Shown here: piece by piece, positions 39,521 to 52,848 of the stretch | Numbering within the stretch: position 1 is the first letter of the stretch | Layout: each line of letters opens with the position of its first letter | Assembly (NCBI GenBank): GCA_038087875.1 | Contig: CM075980.1 | Location: 12,400,001 to 12,464,000, forward strand | Reading direction: 5' to 3' | DNA length: 64,000 bases | From: Malacoraja senta | Lineage: Eukaryota | Notes under the pieces: model-generated | What the model was told of the DNA's origin: nothing | The model's database searches: none | What the model saw: only the letters and a program-made list of their open reading frames with translations | Made by a program: the position numbers and the translations under genes

Positions 39521-39619
39521 GATTACAAAGTGAAAAAAGAGCATGGGCTTAAAAGTAGAGGGGATGATTAAATTTGCCGATGATACCTAAATTAGTAAAT
39601 GAAGTTAAGAGTGAGGAAT

Positions 39620-40300
39620 TCCGTGCATTCAGTGCTCCCAATGTGGCCTCCTTTACATCAGTAAAACCAAGTGTACACTCTGTGACCATTTCACTGAGGA
39701 CGCACTTTGTCTGCCAAGGCCTGCTGGATCTCAGGTTGCCAACCATTTTAATTCCCTTTCCCATTGCGACCTTTCTGCTCTTGGCCTCCTCCATTGCCAG
39801 AGTGAGGCCACACATAAACAGGTGGAACAACATCTCATATTCTGCTTGGGTAGCTCACAACCCAAGTATAAACATTGAATTCTCCAATTTTAAGTAATAC
39901 CCCTCTCTCTTTCTGTGCTCCCTCACAACCCAGTGCACACCCATTTCTCCCACAATCCTCACTGTTCCTTTCCCCTCCTGTGTGCCCTCATCTCCCATCC
40001 CTGAGTCTCTCATTTCTCTTTTATCTCTGCTCTTTCCTCTCCCACTGTCCCCTTCCACGTACCCCTCCCTTACCCAACACCTTTTTGTCTCCTTTTCATA
40101 TCTTACCTTTGTCACTTACTCCACCCATCTGCCAATCAAACACCCTCCTGTATCCCCCATCACTTGCCAGGTTTTGTCCTGCCCCAACTACCCTTTCCAG
40201 CTGTCTCCCCCCTACTGCAATCAGTCTGAAGAAGGGTCCCAATCTGAACCATCATCTGTTCATTCCCTGCTGCCTGACCTGCTGAGCTCCTCCAACTATG
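39620..40300 (+). mobile_element. Penelope-like element 3' end
   Basis: GIY-YIG remnant (CIQCSQCGLLYISKTK..NIEFSNFK), pyrimidine tract, decayed core CTGAAGAAGGGTCCCAATCTGAACC at 40226, and tail. Confidence 0.75.
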
Positions 40301-42597
40301 TTTTGACAGTGAGGAAGATGAGTCTAGATTGCAGAAAAACATAAGTGAAGGTGGCTACTATGGTGGTGAATAGAATTTATTTGAGAGAAACGTGTGATGT
40401 AATACATATTTGGAGAGTAAACAAGACAATAGAAGATGTAATAAATTAAAGGATACAAGGAAGCAGAATATTAAAATGCATGTCCATTGATCGAGGAGTG
40501 AACTAGTCTCCACAAGACCTCATCCCTTCAAAATGCTGAAAAGGAGGTGAGGGGAAGATCTATTTATTGTTATCATCTTGCTGGAGGTGTCATCATTAGC
40601 AGAGGTTACAAAGACAATATGGTGAAGGACGAGGACAAAGGAAGTAAGAGGGCAGGAAGTGGTATAGTGTGAGAGGAAGTCCTGCTAGAATCGCATTAAA
40701 CAGTACTAGTCATAGCACAGAAGGATGGTTGTAACACCACGAGGGGGGTGGAGAAAAGATTGCCAGGACTAGTGAATTTAAAGTTATCAGAGACTGAGTA
40801 GGCTGATTGTTTTATTTGCCAAGGACACAGAGAGAAAATATAATTAAGATGATAAAATTGAGAGGCTACGACAATGTAACTGGCTTTCCCTTAGAGAGAA
40901 TGATAATTAGAAAACTTAGATTTACATTAATTAATTGAAAAATTAGAGCAGAGGTGAGGGAAAAACAATTTCAAAGAATGGTAAATTTAAATGCTCATCC
41001 TGGCAGGTGGCATCTTGCTCGACATAGATGAGTTGGGCCACACGGCTTGTTTCCATGCCGTATGACACTATTGCATTGTGCTGTTTGCTGCAAATTTCAT
41101 TTTCAGTGGTGCTGATGCTGGATTGGGAAAGGTAAGGGGAAATTTGCGAGTGAATGAGAAAAGAGAAAGGGAGAGGAAATAAGGGAGAACAGGATAGAGG
41201 ACAAGAAATGGTATACAGAAGTTAAATGGTACACCACCTAATATCATGAAATGTTTATTTCCAGGATGCATTTGGGGATGGATCACATTTTAGAATTTTG
41301 TCAGTGTCCTGTGTTGGCAAGAACTACTTAATAATGAGAAAGAGAATACAAGGTAAGGTAGCTTTGCAAATTGGGATAAAAGCCTGGTTATCTGGCACTG
41401 TCCGGCATTCATTTCCTGAATTGCTGTTCTCAATAATACAAAGAATCGTCAAAGACAAGGTGTGTGACTGGAGATCTTGAGCATTCCTTCGCAATTCTTG
41501 TGACAAGTACAAAAAGAAGAAATAATGGAATAACATTGGTTTTAACCATGTACAAATACAGATACTTTTGTTCTAACATCTTTTCAATAACACAAATGTG
41601 ATTGAAGAATTAAAGAACACTTGTATTACACGGGCTGACATTGGTTATAACACAATTTTGATCAGGAACCAGAGAACCACTTAAAAGTTACTTTGAAAAT
41701 TAACAAGAAGAAAAAAAAGATGTCTGGGAAAAAAAGTCAAGGGGAAAAAAAACATCCCCAAGTACCTCTTGCGTCTGAGAAATTAAAAATCTGTCAGTTT
41801 CGCCTCAGGTGGCTATTGAAAATGACAAGCAATTACCTCTATTGATACTTGTGCGATTAAACACATTAAACAAATTAACATACAGCCTTTCGTATTTTTA
41901 GCATGCAAAAATGAAAATAAACATACCTATTATAAATAACTTTATTTTTGAAAATCTGCATGAAATATAACTTTGTTATTGTGAGTCTGTAGCTCTTTAG
42001 CCACTAGCCCCTTTTTGGCCATTGACAATTGTTTTTATAATGCAATTTTCTACAGCACGTTTTTTTTCAGAATGCAATTATTGCATTATCGCAGAACTGA
42101 CTGCACTGCTTAGATAACAGGAGTGTCAAGATCCAGACGAGGGCAATAATAATCATATTTGCTAATAAATATGCAAAGTATATGGGTCAAATCTGAAATA
42201 AAATGGGCACAACAAAATAAGAGAGGGAATACAACAGAGTTTAGCTTGATTGTGTTCATGTATAGTATTATCTGATTTGATTGGATAGTATGTGAAACAA
42301 AGCTTTTCACTGTACACGTGACAATAATAAACCTAAATGAACGCGAGTATTAAAGCATCAGCAAAAATGCGACGATAGGTAAGGGTCAGAATAAGGATAT
42401 GAAAGGGAATAAGAATATCGAGGGAGAACAAAATGGAATGACGGAAAATACACTGTAAGATCATGGGATTTTTTTCTCGAAGTGAGTGCAGCTTAGACAG
42501 AAAGTCACAACTCATGTTTAGTTCTTGAATTAGTGAGGACCTCTTATCATGGAACAATTAACAATACTGGGCAGTATTTAACAATAGATAGACATAC

Positions 42598-42693
42598 CCA
42601 TTGTTGCCTCTGTCCAGTAGCTCTTTCTTTTCAGATGGTTTAAGCAGGAACTTTGGTTTTCTTGGTTGTAATCTCGCCTGACGTGCAAGGTGT
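42598..42693 (-). CDS. SFI1: SFI1 coding exon (96 nt, symmetric phase 2-2)
   Basis: tatcaatag|A CAC...AAT GG|gtatgt. Encodes HLARQARLQPRKPKFLLKPSEKKELLDRGNN, similar to SFI1 AHSARKQPRRPHFLLEP. Confidence 0.88.
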
Positions 42694-43517
42694 CTATTGA
42701 TACATTGAAGGACTGAATTAATCTTCAAAAGATGGATGCCAAAGTCTTTCCTAAAAATCATTTGCAATTCCCTTCCCTCTGACTTTATTCACATAATTGT
42801 GCTGTGGAGCTTCAGTTGGTGCTCACAGCCTATTCAAATCATTCATTACCATTGAAGAACTTGTAATAATACATTTAATTCTAGAATTATGTGCCAACAG
42901 TTCTCGCACCACATTGTCCACTCCGCCATGTGCTGCCAACAGCCCTTATCTTTAATCTCTCAACCTTGGCAGAGCAATGGGTACATGAAACAAAGCTGTG
43001 TTTCTTATTTCTTTGAATTTGAAAGAGACAACATTCTCTTACATGTCCCGAAAATCAATTTAAACATGCCTCTTTAGATGCACCAAGTAAACGTGCAGTA
43101 TGTCCAATATGACCTGTATTATGTGCTGACAGAAACATTTTAATACAGTGAATTTATATTTGCAAAATTACATTGTTGCCCTAGAAGCCTATCTAATTAA
43201 CATTAAACTTTCATTGAAGTGTTGATAATTTTGCTCTTCAAAATAAACTCTGTTCATAATCTAAGCATTGTAAGAGCAGAGAAAAGTAATTAAGCCCATC
43301 CAAAACAATCTCTCTCAACAGGTCCCTAAATTCATTTATTCTCCAAAAACATGTCTAGTCATAACTTGAATCCATTCTGCAACATACAAGATCCCGTGCA
43401 TCTCATCCTCAACATGAGAATGATCCATTTTGGGCCAATTATCTGAAATGTTTAAGTTACTCCAGACAGGTCCTCACACATAGAAAAGTATCAATATCAA
43501 AAAATGGGGTCCGTTTG

Positions 43518-44536
43518 TAGCAATGTTACAAAATTTTGAGATTTTAAAAATAAAGTCTGCAATTTATCCCATCAGATAAAGCATAAAAAGAAGTTTAATT
43601 TGACACTTAATTCACTTTCATATCTTCAGTGTTAAAAAAGTTATGGCCATTATCATACTCAGAAATTAGCATCTAGTTCCCTATTGCTTTTCCATTGACT
43701 TAACACAAAAGCTGTGATCGAGGACAGTTAACAGCCCATAACTTTCTTAAAAATTATGGTAACTGAAAGAAATTTTCAGGTATTATAGATTGAAGCATTC
43801 TGAAACAAATATGAAACAATCTTACTTCGAAGACATGAAAGTAAAGCATATAATTAGTTAGTTACCTAATTGTAGCTAATTACAAAATTCAATTACTAGA
43901 TCTAAACATCTATCAATTTCTTAAGAATAGATTAACATTTTTAAATAGCCTGTGTCCAAATAACATTCACACAATAATTCACAATATAACATAATTTTTA
44001 AATCTAATTTTCATGAATTTACAGGCCAAATGGAAGGAATTAATGGGGATTTAATTCATCTTGCGAGTGAGGATTTGCTGGAACGCGATCATTTGGAACG
44101 TTGATTTGCGGTGAATTTAACCCCGTATTGGCATGAAAAATACTGCCGTTAATTCGGGGAATAAAAGCACCGTGTCGCATGACAAAATGTGAATTAAAGG
44201 CTTCTTAAGAAGCACTTTTATACATTTAAAGAAAGCACTTTCGTTTACCTGTCCATTGTGTGAAATCCGTCCCCGTTATCGGCGTTGACGCTTCAGGAGC
44301 TGCTTTTAAAATGACTGTAGCGCTGACATTGACGATTTAATAAAAATAAAAAATTCACAAAACGCCGGTAGGAACGATTTTGTCAGCGAAGGTTTGTACT
44401 CCAACAAAATATTTCCAGGACAAGGGAGGAGAAACCGCGTTTTAACCCCGCCCCCCCCCTTAAAGGCGCCAAAATCGCGCACACGGCCAGTGGCAGAATT
44501 ACAGCGCGACTGAAGGTAAGTTTTGTAACATACCTA
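43518..44536 (-). mobile_element. non-autonomous DNA transposon, copy B (inverted relative to copy A), 7-bp TSD CCGTTTG/CTGTTTG
   Basis: Reverse complement of 38336-39376 along its full length. Termini TAGCAATGTTACAA..TTGTAACATACCTA; flanks at 43511-43517 and 44537-44543. Confidence 0.85.
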
Positions 44537-45576
44537 CTGTTTGCAGTCCTTTCCTATGCTTCTTATATAGTTGAGAACAGACAAGCTTCTCAAAGAATCT
44601 AAAGCAATAATACTGCTGGAAAATTATGGCTTAATAATGATTAGTATCAAATAGCTCTGGATACAACTTAAGGGCATAAATAAGTCAAATTCCTATTATC
44701 ATGAGCTGATGGAAGTTCAATTGTTATTTCAGCTCTTGTCCAAGGGTCTGATTTTCCCCTAATTGGAGTGTTCCTGATAAGTCATCTTAAAGTTGGTGAT
44801 GTTAGCTTTCTAAAATAACAGCTTGAACTGGACCATATACAATCCCACACTGGTAACTCTTTCACGAACGGTCCATTTGCCAACTATTTCTTAGGAAGAG
44901 TCCCTGGGACATACAGTGGCACCAATATAAATTAAGCATCACCCACTAACATTTCACTGCACTAACATATCACCTTCACCTCCAGATTATTAGAACAAAG
45001 ATCCAATCCAGGAAGATTGGTGAGGCAGCATAGCATGCACTCTTTGCACCACTAAATTTTCACTAGTCAACGCAGCAGTAGATTACTGCAGCGTTAAACT
45101 AGGCAAACTATAGAAACATGGATTTTGTTGATTGGTTATGTAAGAAAAGACCAGGACTAAACTGCTGACGAAGACTGAACAGCTCCTTTTATTCATGCAC
45201 CCATGAAATCAGCTCATCCTGAGCAGGGTTTTATCAAAGAGTACTTCCTGAATTTTAGGAATTACCTTCATGGGTATACCTTCATGGGTATACTTCTGGG
45301 TGCAAGTGAGCATGCATCAAAGCAGATTTGTAAATGTATATAGACTTCAAATTTAGTTTGTGTAAACAGGCTGTTGGTCAGCAACCAATGGATTTCCATC
45401 AGCTTAGTTAGAGTTGCTTATATTTATCATTTTTACAGAAAGGATTGGCACTGAAGTTTTGCAGACATTGTGAAATTGACACTGGGGCAAAGGATTTAAT
45501 CTCTTCATATATTATGTACATATTTTTTTAGTTCATGACTTTGTAGCAAAGGTGAAAGGGTAAAAAGTTCACTTAC

Positions 45577-45866
45577 AAATTGGCGAAGTCCATATCACCA
45601 CCAGGCAGCACTGTTGGAAAGCTAAGACATTGGACTGGATCTGTTGCGGGTTTTGCAATCATTTTCTGAGATGCACTATTCAAGATCCCAGTCTTTGTAC
45701 TGGCATCTTTCTCTTTGCAAACATCAGTAACTGGAATCTTGAAAGCCACATTTTTTTTTCGTGTCACAGCAGCAGACCTCTGTTTCAGCCTCTCACCTTT
45801 GCAGAGCACTCTTTGCTTCCAAATCATTGCACAGCGATAGACAACCTGGTGAAGGCTATAAGCAGT
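45577..45866 (-). CDS. SFI1: SFI1 coding exon (290 nt, phase 0-2)
   Basis: tctcctcag|ACT...AAT TT|gtaagt. Encodes TAYSLHQVVYRCAMIWKQRVLCKG..RKKNVAFKIP, similar to SFI1 [30 protein letters not shown]. Confidence 0.92.
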
Positions 45867-46524
45867 CTGAGGAGATAGGTTTGGAGTTCAATGAATGCTA
45901 AATTAAAAACAAAATATCATGACTAATAGATTGCTCAATATACAGAGTTTTTTCAATCAATTTTACGTTGTGGGCATCATTAAGGGCCAGCACTTCTTGC
46001 CATGCCGAACCCCCTTGAAGTGGTTGTCAGCCACCTTCTTGAACTAATGTACTCCCTCTCGAGAAAGTACTCTAACATTGTTTTGTGACAACGTCAGAAC
46101 ATCGACCCATCAACAACCAAAGAAACAATTATACATTATACATATAATTATACATCTCCTGATCGATTGTGGTCAATTTCAGCGGACTTTAAGCTGCTTC
46201 TCTTTTCTTTGCTGCACTGGAGTGTCAGTCCAAACGTTGATGCTCCACAGTACTTGCTGTACGTTCCATCAATGCATGTAAAAAAGTCCCATGTCATCTC
46301 CAATGCTCTACTTAATGTTTGTCATTCAACTAACATTGTTTCTTTCTTAACCATGGCTTCCCTTCTACTTATTTGACAGAGTCCTCAATTGTATCTCAGC
46401 CATTTGCTGCACCTTCTCTCTCCTCCCAGATAGAGCAAGGATGTTCTCCTGATCCTCTCTCTCCACCCCATCAAGTTCAAGTTTATTGTCACAAGCACAG
46501 GTATAATGAAACTATCCTTTGCAA

Positions 46525-47175
46525 TTTCTTTCTCCTTCAATGAAATTCCATTACGATTAGTCTTTTGTGACAATCCTTTCAGCATTCTTAGGAGCCATTC
46601 TCTCTGCAACTCCCTGGTTTGTTCTTCTATCTCCACCAGCCCATTCCCCTTCTCTCAGCACTGTCCCATATAATCAGAGGAGATGCAACACCTGATCTTT
46701 TACCTCCTCCCTTCCCACCGTGGACCTAAACAGTCCTTTCAGGTGAATCACTGATTCACTTGCATTTCTTACAATCTAGCAGACTACATTTGGTCCTCAT
46801 GGTATTGTCTCTGCATTGGAGAAGCTAAAAGCAGATTGGCTGACCACTTTGCAGACTGTCTATGTTCTGTCCATGAAGGTGATCCTGAACATCCAGTTGC
46901 CTGACACTTTCAATTTCCATCCCAGTCTGATGTTCTGCATGTGCCTTTTTACAATTTCCATCATGGCCCTACATAACCTTGAGGATTAGCATCCCATTTT
47001 CTGTCTGGGCATCACACAACATTTAAGACTCTGTATCAAATTCAACAATTTCAGATAACTTTTTTTTTGTCTGTTCTAGAACTGGTTGCATCTGCTTTAA
47101 TGTTATCCATGTGCAAAGTTAACTCAGTTGCTTTCTCTCCACAGACACTGGGTATTTCTAACATTTCTTTTTGCT
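46525..47175 (+). mobile_element. old Penelope-like element fragment (RT end + GIY-YIG + tail)
   Basis: Degenerate ..CATTGGAGAAGCTAAAAGCAGATTGGCTGACCACTTTGCAG.. (IGEAKSRLADHF); ATCAAATTCAACAATTTCAGATAA. Boundaries approximate. Confidence 0.55.
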
Positions 47176-47546
47176 TTACACTCTCTGCAACAGTTGCTTT
47201 TCATAGTTTTACAAGTCACTTTGTTTTATTCCCTAACTGTCTTTGGACAGTTCCATAAAAAATGCTCACCACATTAGATACTTCCTTCGACCTGTCCATT
47301 CCTCCCCTTTGCTCTGAGCAACATAAAACTAGCTTGCTTTTCACTTCCCAGTTCCAATAAAGGGATTTGACCTGAAACATTTGCTCTTTCGCTTTACTGT
47401 CGATGCCGCCTGCCCTGCTGAGGGTTTCCAAAAAATGTTTTTACCACCACAAATAGATTTTCTGCTCCTTAGAGCACTGTTGCTTGTGAGTGCAAAGGTT
47501 CAGTGAGATGCACTGATGACAACTTCAAATCTGCCTTATCTCTTAC

Positions 47547-47723
47547 CTTCACTTGATGCTCAGCAGCAATTTGGTTGCGCAACTGCATCATGTCAGAGCT
47601 ATACTGAAGAACTGCAGCAACTCCCATTCGTAAAAGATGACCCCGATAGTTGTCCGCTGCTTTTGCAATGCGTAACTTTTTTCTTTGCTGTTCCTGCGCG
47701 TGCATTAACCATGCATCAAATAC
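47547..47723 (-). CDS. SFI1: SFI1 coding exon (177 nt, phase 0-0)
   Basis: ctattttag|GTA...AAG|gtaaga. Encodes VFDAWLMHAQEQQRKKLRIAKAADNYRGHLLRMGVAAVLQYSSDMMQLRNQIAAEHQVK, similar to SFI1 VWATWLAFVLERRRKKARL..YQGQLLQEG. Confidence 0.92.
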
Positions 47724-48410
47724 CTAAAATAGAAATAATCTTGAGATGCTAAAGACTTAACTACAGGAAGCATACAACTTCAGTTTCCTAATTCTAAAGA
47801 GGACTCTGTAAAATACAAGAGTTGATGCAGAGATAATATCACTGCCATCCGTATATTTGATAATTAGTAATAAGATTGTCACAAGAAAAGAAACATTAAT
47901 AGCACACATGACTGCAACCCTAACAACCTGAAATGTTCATTTCATCCACCACCAGGATACTGGATCTGCAGTGTGTGCCATTTCCAGAATGCACAGCAGT
48001 TATTCTCCTTGGTTACTCCAACAGCAACCCCCTCTCCCCCAAACTCCTATCACCAAGAAAAACAGATACGGGGAACACCATCAAGTGCACATACGTCCAA
48101 ATTGGAAATATTTCACCATTCTTTCATCGTCCATAGTGGGCCAAGTCCTGTAATTCATTACCCATTACCCTTATAGAATAAGAATTGCAGAATTTAGAAA
48201 GGCCCCTGCACCAGAATGATTGCATATTAGCATATATATTGATATAACATATATATCTTAAATATATATTTTATTCATCTGTTCGGTTCCAGACAAAGTA
48301 CATTCACTAAACTTAATTTGATAGTGATTAACAGTCTTATGTTTAATTAATGTTTAATTTCAATTGCATTTGTTTAATTATTTTATATATATGTATATAT
48401 TTTATATATA

Positions 48411-49135
48411 TGTGCATAGTTCCCTGAAGGTGGAATCTCATGTAGATAGGGTGGTAAAGAAAGCTTTTGGTGTGCTGGCCTTTATAGATCAGAGCATTGA
48501 ATATAGAAGTTGGGATGTAATGTTAAAATTGTACAAGGCATTGGTGAGGCCAATTCTGGAGTATGGAGTACAATTTTGGTCGCCTAATTATAGGAAGGAT
48601 GTCAACAAAATAGAGAGAGTACGGAGGAGATTTACTAGAATGTTGCCTGGGTTTCAGCAACTAAGTTACAGAGAAAGGTTGAACAAGTTAGGTCTTTATT
48701 CTTTGGAGCGCAGAAGGTTAAGGGGGGACTTGATAGAGGTCTTTAAAATGATGAGCGGGTTAGACAGAGTTGACGTGGATAAGCTTTTCCCATTGAGAGT
48801 AGGGAAGATTCAAACAAGGGGACATGACTTGAGAATTAAGGGACAGAAGTTTAGGGGTAACATTAGGGGGAACTTCTTTATTCAGAGAGTGGTAGCTGTG
48901 TGGAATGAGCTTCCAGTGGAAGTGGTGGAGGCAGGTTCGATTTTATCCTTTAAAAATAGATTGGATGGGTATATGGACGGGAAAGGAATGGAGGGTTATG
49001 GTCTGAGTGCAGGTGGATGGGACCAGGGGGAAGAAAGAAGAAAGAAGGGAAAGAAAAAAAAAAAGGAAAAACAAGTGTTCGGCACGGACTTGAAGGGCCG
49101 AGATGGCCTGTTTCCGTGCTGTAATGGTTATATAT
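48411..49135 (+). mobile_element. CR1 LINE 3' end, relatively young (uninterrupted ORF2 C-terminus)
   Basis: ORF 48364-49155 reads HVDRVVKKAFGVLAFI..LYKALVRPILEYGVQFWSPNYRKD..RRLRGDLIEVFK..TRGH..FFIQRVVAVWNELP. Confidence 0.92.
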
Positions 49136-49149
49136 ATTTAGATTTTGGA

Positions 49150-49450
49150 CTTTAGACTTTAGAGATACAGCGCAGAATCAGGCCCTTCGGTCCACCAGTG
49201 CACACCGACCATTGATCACCCCATACACCAGCATTATCCTACACACTAGGGACAATTAACAATTTTTTACCAAAGCCAATTAACCTATAAAACTATACAT
49301 TTTTGGAGTGTGGGAGGAAACTGGAACACTCGGTGAAAACCCACGCAGGCACAGGGAGAAAGTACAAACTCCATGCAGTCAGCACCCGTAGTCCGGATCG
49401 TACCCAGGTCTCTGGCGCTTTAAGGCAGCAGCTCTACAGCTATGCCACTC
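49150..49450 (-). mobile_element. tRNA-derived SINE (HE1/V-SINE-like)
   Basis: On -: tRNA-like head (GTGGC..AGAGCTGCTGCC..GACCTGGGTACGATCC), central GTTTGTAC..CTCCCTGTG..CGTGGGTTTTC, and tail GGGCC..CGCTGTATCTCTAAAG. Confidence 0.75.
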
Positions 49451-50134
49451 ATAATATCACTTTATATGATATATATTTATAATATCTTTATATATTAAAC
49501 ACCCATCTGCGCCAAAAGGTATGTTCACCAAAGTTTCTTAGGTAGCAGTTGACAGTCTTGGCTTTAATTAATGTCCAAATTAATTAAGCAAAACTACCAA
49601 CTATGTCAAGCCTATCTCAGCCTGATTCTGTTTTGGTGAAAGCACATATCGTTTCCCAAACAATCTGGCAGGACGGATGGGGAATAAAGGAACAAATGGC
49701 TCTTCTTTTCGAAGTCAGATTTAAGGCTAGTTGTAATGAACGTTTACGTTGGATTGGGAAATACGTGGCTAATCAAACCATGTGAAGTATAACCAATTTG
49801 ATTGAATTTGGATGTGGATAAGATATTTCCCCACAGCAAGTGTTTCTAAAACTAGATAACATAGGTTTTGGGTTATGGGTAAGTGGTTTAGAACAGATCT
49901 GAAGAACATTTTTTACCCACAGAATAGTGGGAATCATAATGCACGGTCACAGTGGGTTCTGGATGCAGATACTCTCACAACATTTAATAAGTATCAAGAT
50001 GGGAATATAAATCTCTAAGGCACAGAAGGCTATGGACCAAATGCTGGTAAACGGAATGAGTTCAAATAGGGACCTGATGGTCAGCATGCATATGGTGGGC
50101 TGAAGGGCCTGTTTCTGTGCTCTATGTCTTTAGA

Positions 50135-50940
50135 GTGGTCCAAGTGGTGGCGCCATCGAGTGTGGCAGCCTCGCCTGCAGCTGTTCATACTTTCATCCTT
50201 TTTTTAATTTTTAGTCCGTCAAAAGTTTTGTTTTGGAGGTCTTTTAGGGGGGAGGGGGAAACTGTTTTTCACAGTCGCTATCTAGGTCGAGGATGCTTCT
50301 TTCCTCCGAGTCGCATCTTCGCCCCCTCCTCACGACCTACCATCTGGATTGGCGCGGCCTTTCTCGCCGGAGACCAGCCAGAGCTTCAGCGGCGGAGCAG
50401 CACTGAATGACCATTGCGGAGCGGCCGATGCCTTACTGAGGTCGCTGTGTTGGAAGCTCCGGAGTGCTGGGACTGCCGACTTTAACACTGTGGAGCTGTG
50501 GTCTGCGGAGCTCCCAGCCGCGGGCAGTGCTGACTTTAACATCGCTAAGCCCTGGGATTTTTCGCCGAGGTCGCCAGTGTTGGAGCTCCACCCAGCTCGG
50601 CCTGTGGACTTCGGGAGCCGCGGTCTCCGGTAGGAAGCGGCCGATTCGGAACTCCAAGCCGCTGAGAGTTCTTCCGATGCCGGAGTTCCTTCATCCAGCG
50701 CGAGGGCCTGAAACATCGGGCCGCCCGCCGTTGCGGCGACTGCGGAGGCCTCAATAGGCCCCCGACCACGGGTGAACAAGAGGAAGACTGAACTTTGTTG
50801 CCTTCCCTCTCAGTGGGAAACGCTGATTCCGCTGTGGGGGGATGTTTTATGTTTAATGTTAAATTCTATAGTGTTGTATTTATCTTATTGGTAACTCAAA
50901 TTTCACTGCACCAATTGGTGTATGTGACAATAAATGTCCT
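50135..50940 (+). mobile_element. GC/CpG-rich non-autonomous retroposon-like repeat with a Rex-like 3' tail
   Basis: Sharp CpG-rich block in an AT-rich intron; internal duplication of GACTTTAACA..; ends TTTCACTGCACC..GTGACAATAAA like the Rex1 tails elsewhere in the window. Family not identified. Confidence 0.45.
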
Positions 50941-52175
50941 TTGTGCTTTATGATTCTATATCACCTGATCAAGATGATAGTTCAACTTTGTCAGATGCAA
51001 TAAATGCTGCCCTGCCAATAATGCCCACATCTCAAAAAAGCAAATAGGTTTGCCCGTAAATAGGTTGAATGTCATCACTATGAAGTAACATAGCTCTGTG
51101 CAAGAATACATGAAAATAAGAGCAGGAGTAAACCATCAGGCCCATTAAGCCAATCCCATCATTCAATATATTCATCTTAACTGTCCTCAACTCCTCTTCT
51201 GTGCCAGTTCCCCCATAACCAATTCAAATAATGTATCCATCTCTACCTTAAATATAAACGTAAGATCTGGGTGGCAGAGAATTTCAGAGATTCACCAACT
51301 TCTGAGAGAACGAAATTCGACACAACACAGTTCTAAATGATTGGCGGCTTATTTGGCAGATATGTCTCCTTATTTGTGATTACAATATTCCAATCTTTTA
51401 TTTAAGAGCCAAAATGAGTAATCGTTCAGATTTTGTTTTTAAATCCATCCTTGTATGGAATGGATCACATAAAACATTGAAAACAGCACTCTTCCCTCTA
51501 CAAAATCGAAAAACATCTGATCTAACACAAGACCAATGAAGTAAACATCTCCCTTTGGTGTGAGTAAAGGTATCAATGTTCTTTAAGTACAGCGAACAGT
51601 CGTCATGCCCACTAATTTTACGCACTCCTCCACCACACTATATCATGATCAAATTCCATAACTCTAAATGGATTCAAACCCACTTTAGATCCAGATTGGC
51701 TCCTGAATCAACACCTGAGCCAGGGACATTGACAATAACTCTCTTTACTGATGTGCTGGCTTCACACAACAATTTTATATTTATGTTTATCCGTGTTGTG
51801 CCTGAATTAGCCTAAAATCTCAATTTCTGAAACAAAAACAGGTGCCTTCTCCAAGATGCATTTTTAATTCCTGATGATACAACAGTGACCACAAATTCTA
51901 CCACGTACACTGTGAGAAACTTTTACATCAGGCTGCAAATGCAAAAATATACAAGAACAATCATCCTCTTTCATGAACAAGATTAATTCAAGGATACAAA
52001 TTACATTCTGTATTCTCCAGTGACCTTCAAGTCTGACTGTAAAGTTTCTGTACAGTTTTTTTGTTAACTGTCCAGGTGCTGATAAGCTTTCCTGAACGAA
52101 CAACCATTGAATTATAAAGGAATAAAGCAGACATAGAAGGGACAATCATAAAGATTGTCCGTGCCATTCAATTGT

Positions 52176-52798
52176 TAAAGGTGGGTGGAACATAGCAGGA
52201 GACTATGCAGCCGCCACATGGTTGCCACATGTTCGCAGGTGGTTGCCGGGGAGTCGCCTTCATGGTCATGAGGAGTTCCCGCATTCTGGGAACTAATCGC
52301 GGCCTCATTATGGTCGCCATGAATTTTTCAACATTTTGAAAAATTAGCAACATCTAGAATGAAGCCGCCATGGAGACTAGCAAGAATTCTCGTGCTGTAG
52401 GTGGGTCGCCAGGAGGTCCTAGTGGGTTGCCAGGAGGTTCTCGTAGGTTCTTGTAGGTTGTAGCCGGTGCTGACCGGTGAATTTCATTGGCTCATTGGGG
52501 AAAACAAACGTAAGCAGTAGTTTTCAGAACCAAGGATAACCGACCAGTAATGTTAAATGTCCACCGAACTTCATAGCCGTGTATCTCTGGCTTCTTAAAA
52601 GTTGTCTCCACTCGTTCTCCCCCCTCTTCCCCCCCCCTCCCCCACTCTTTTAAAGGACTTACCGATCACTGTGATTTAGCCGTCTTAATTACAGCGCCAA
52701 TCTTCCTGTTCATCACGGTGTGTGTCTGTATCACCTTGGTTTTGCACCGTGTGAATTTCAGACAGCGCTCTCCCCGCTTGCCCTGTCCCCCACCTGCT

Positions 52799-52848
<50 letters not shown>

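Noticed and set aside
48364-49155. 263-aa ORF as a host gene
   Set aside because: It is the CR1 ORF2 C-terminus from a 5'-truncated insertion.
50117-50779. Overlapping GC-rich ORFs on both strands
   Set aside because: Expected from high GC content; no recognisable domain or splice structure.
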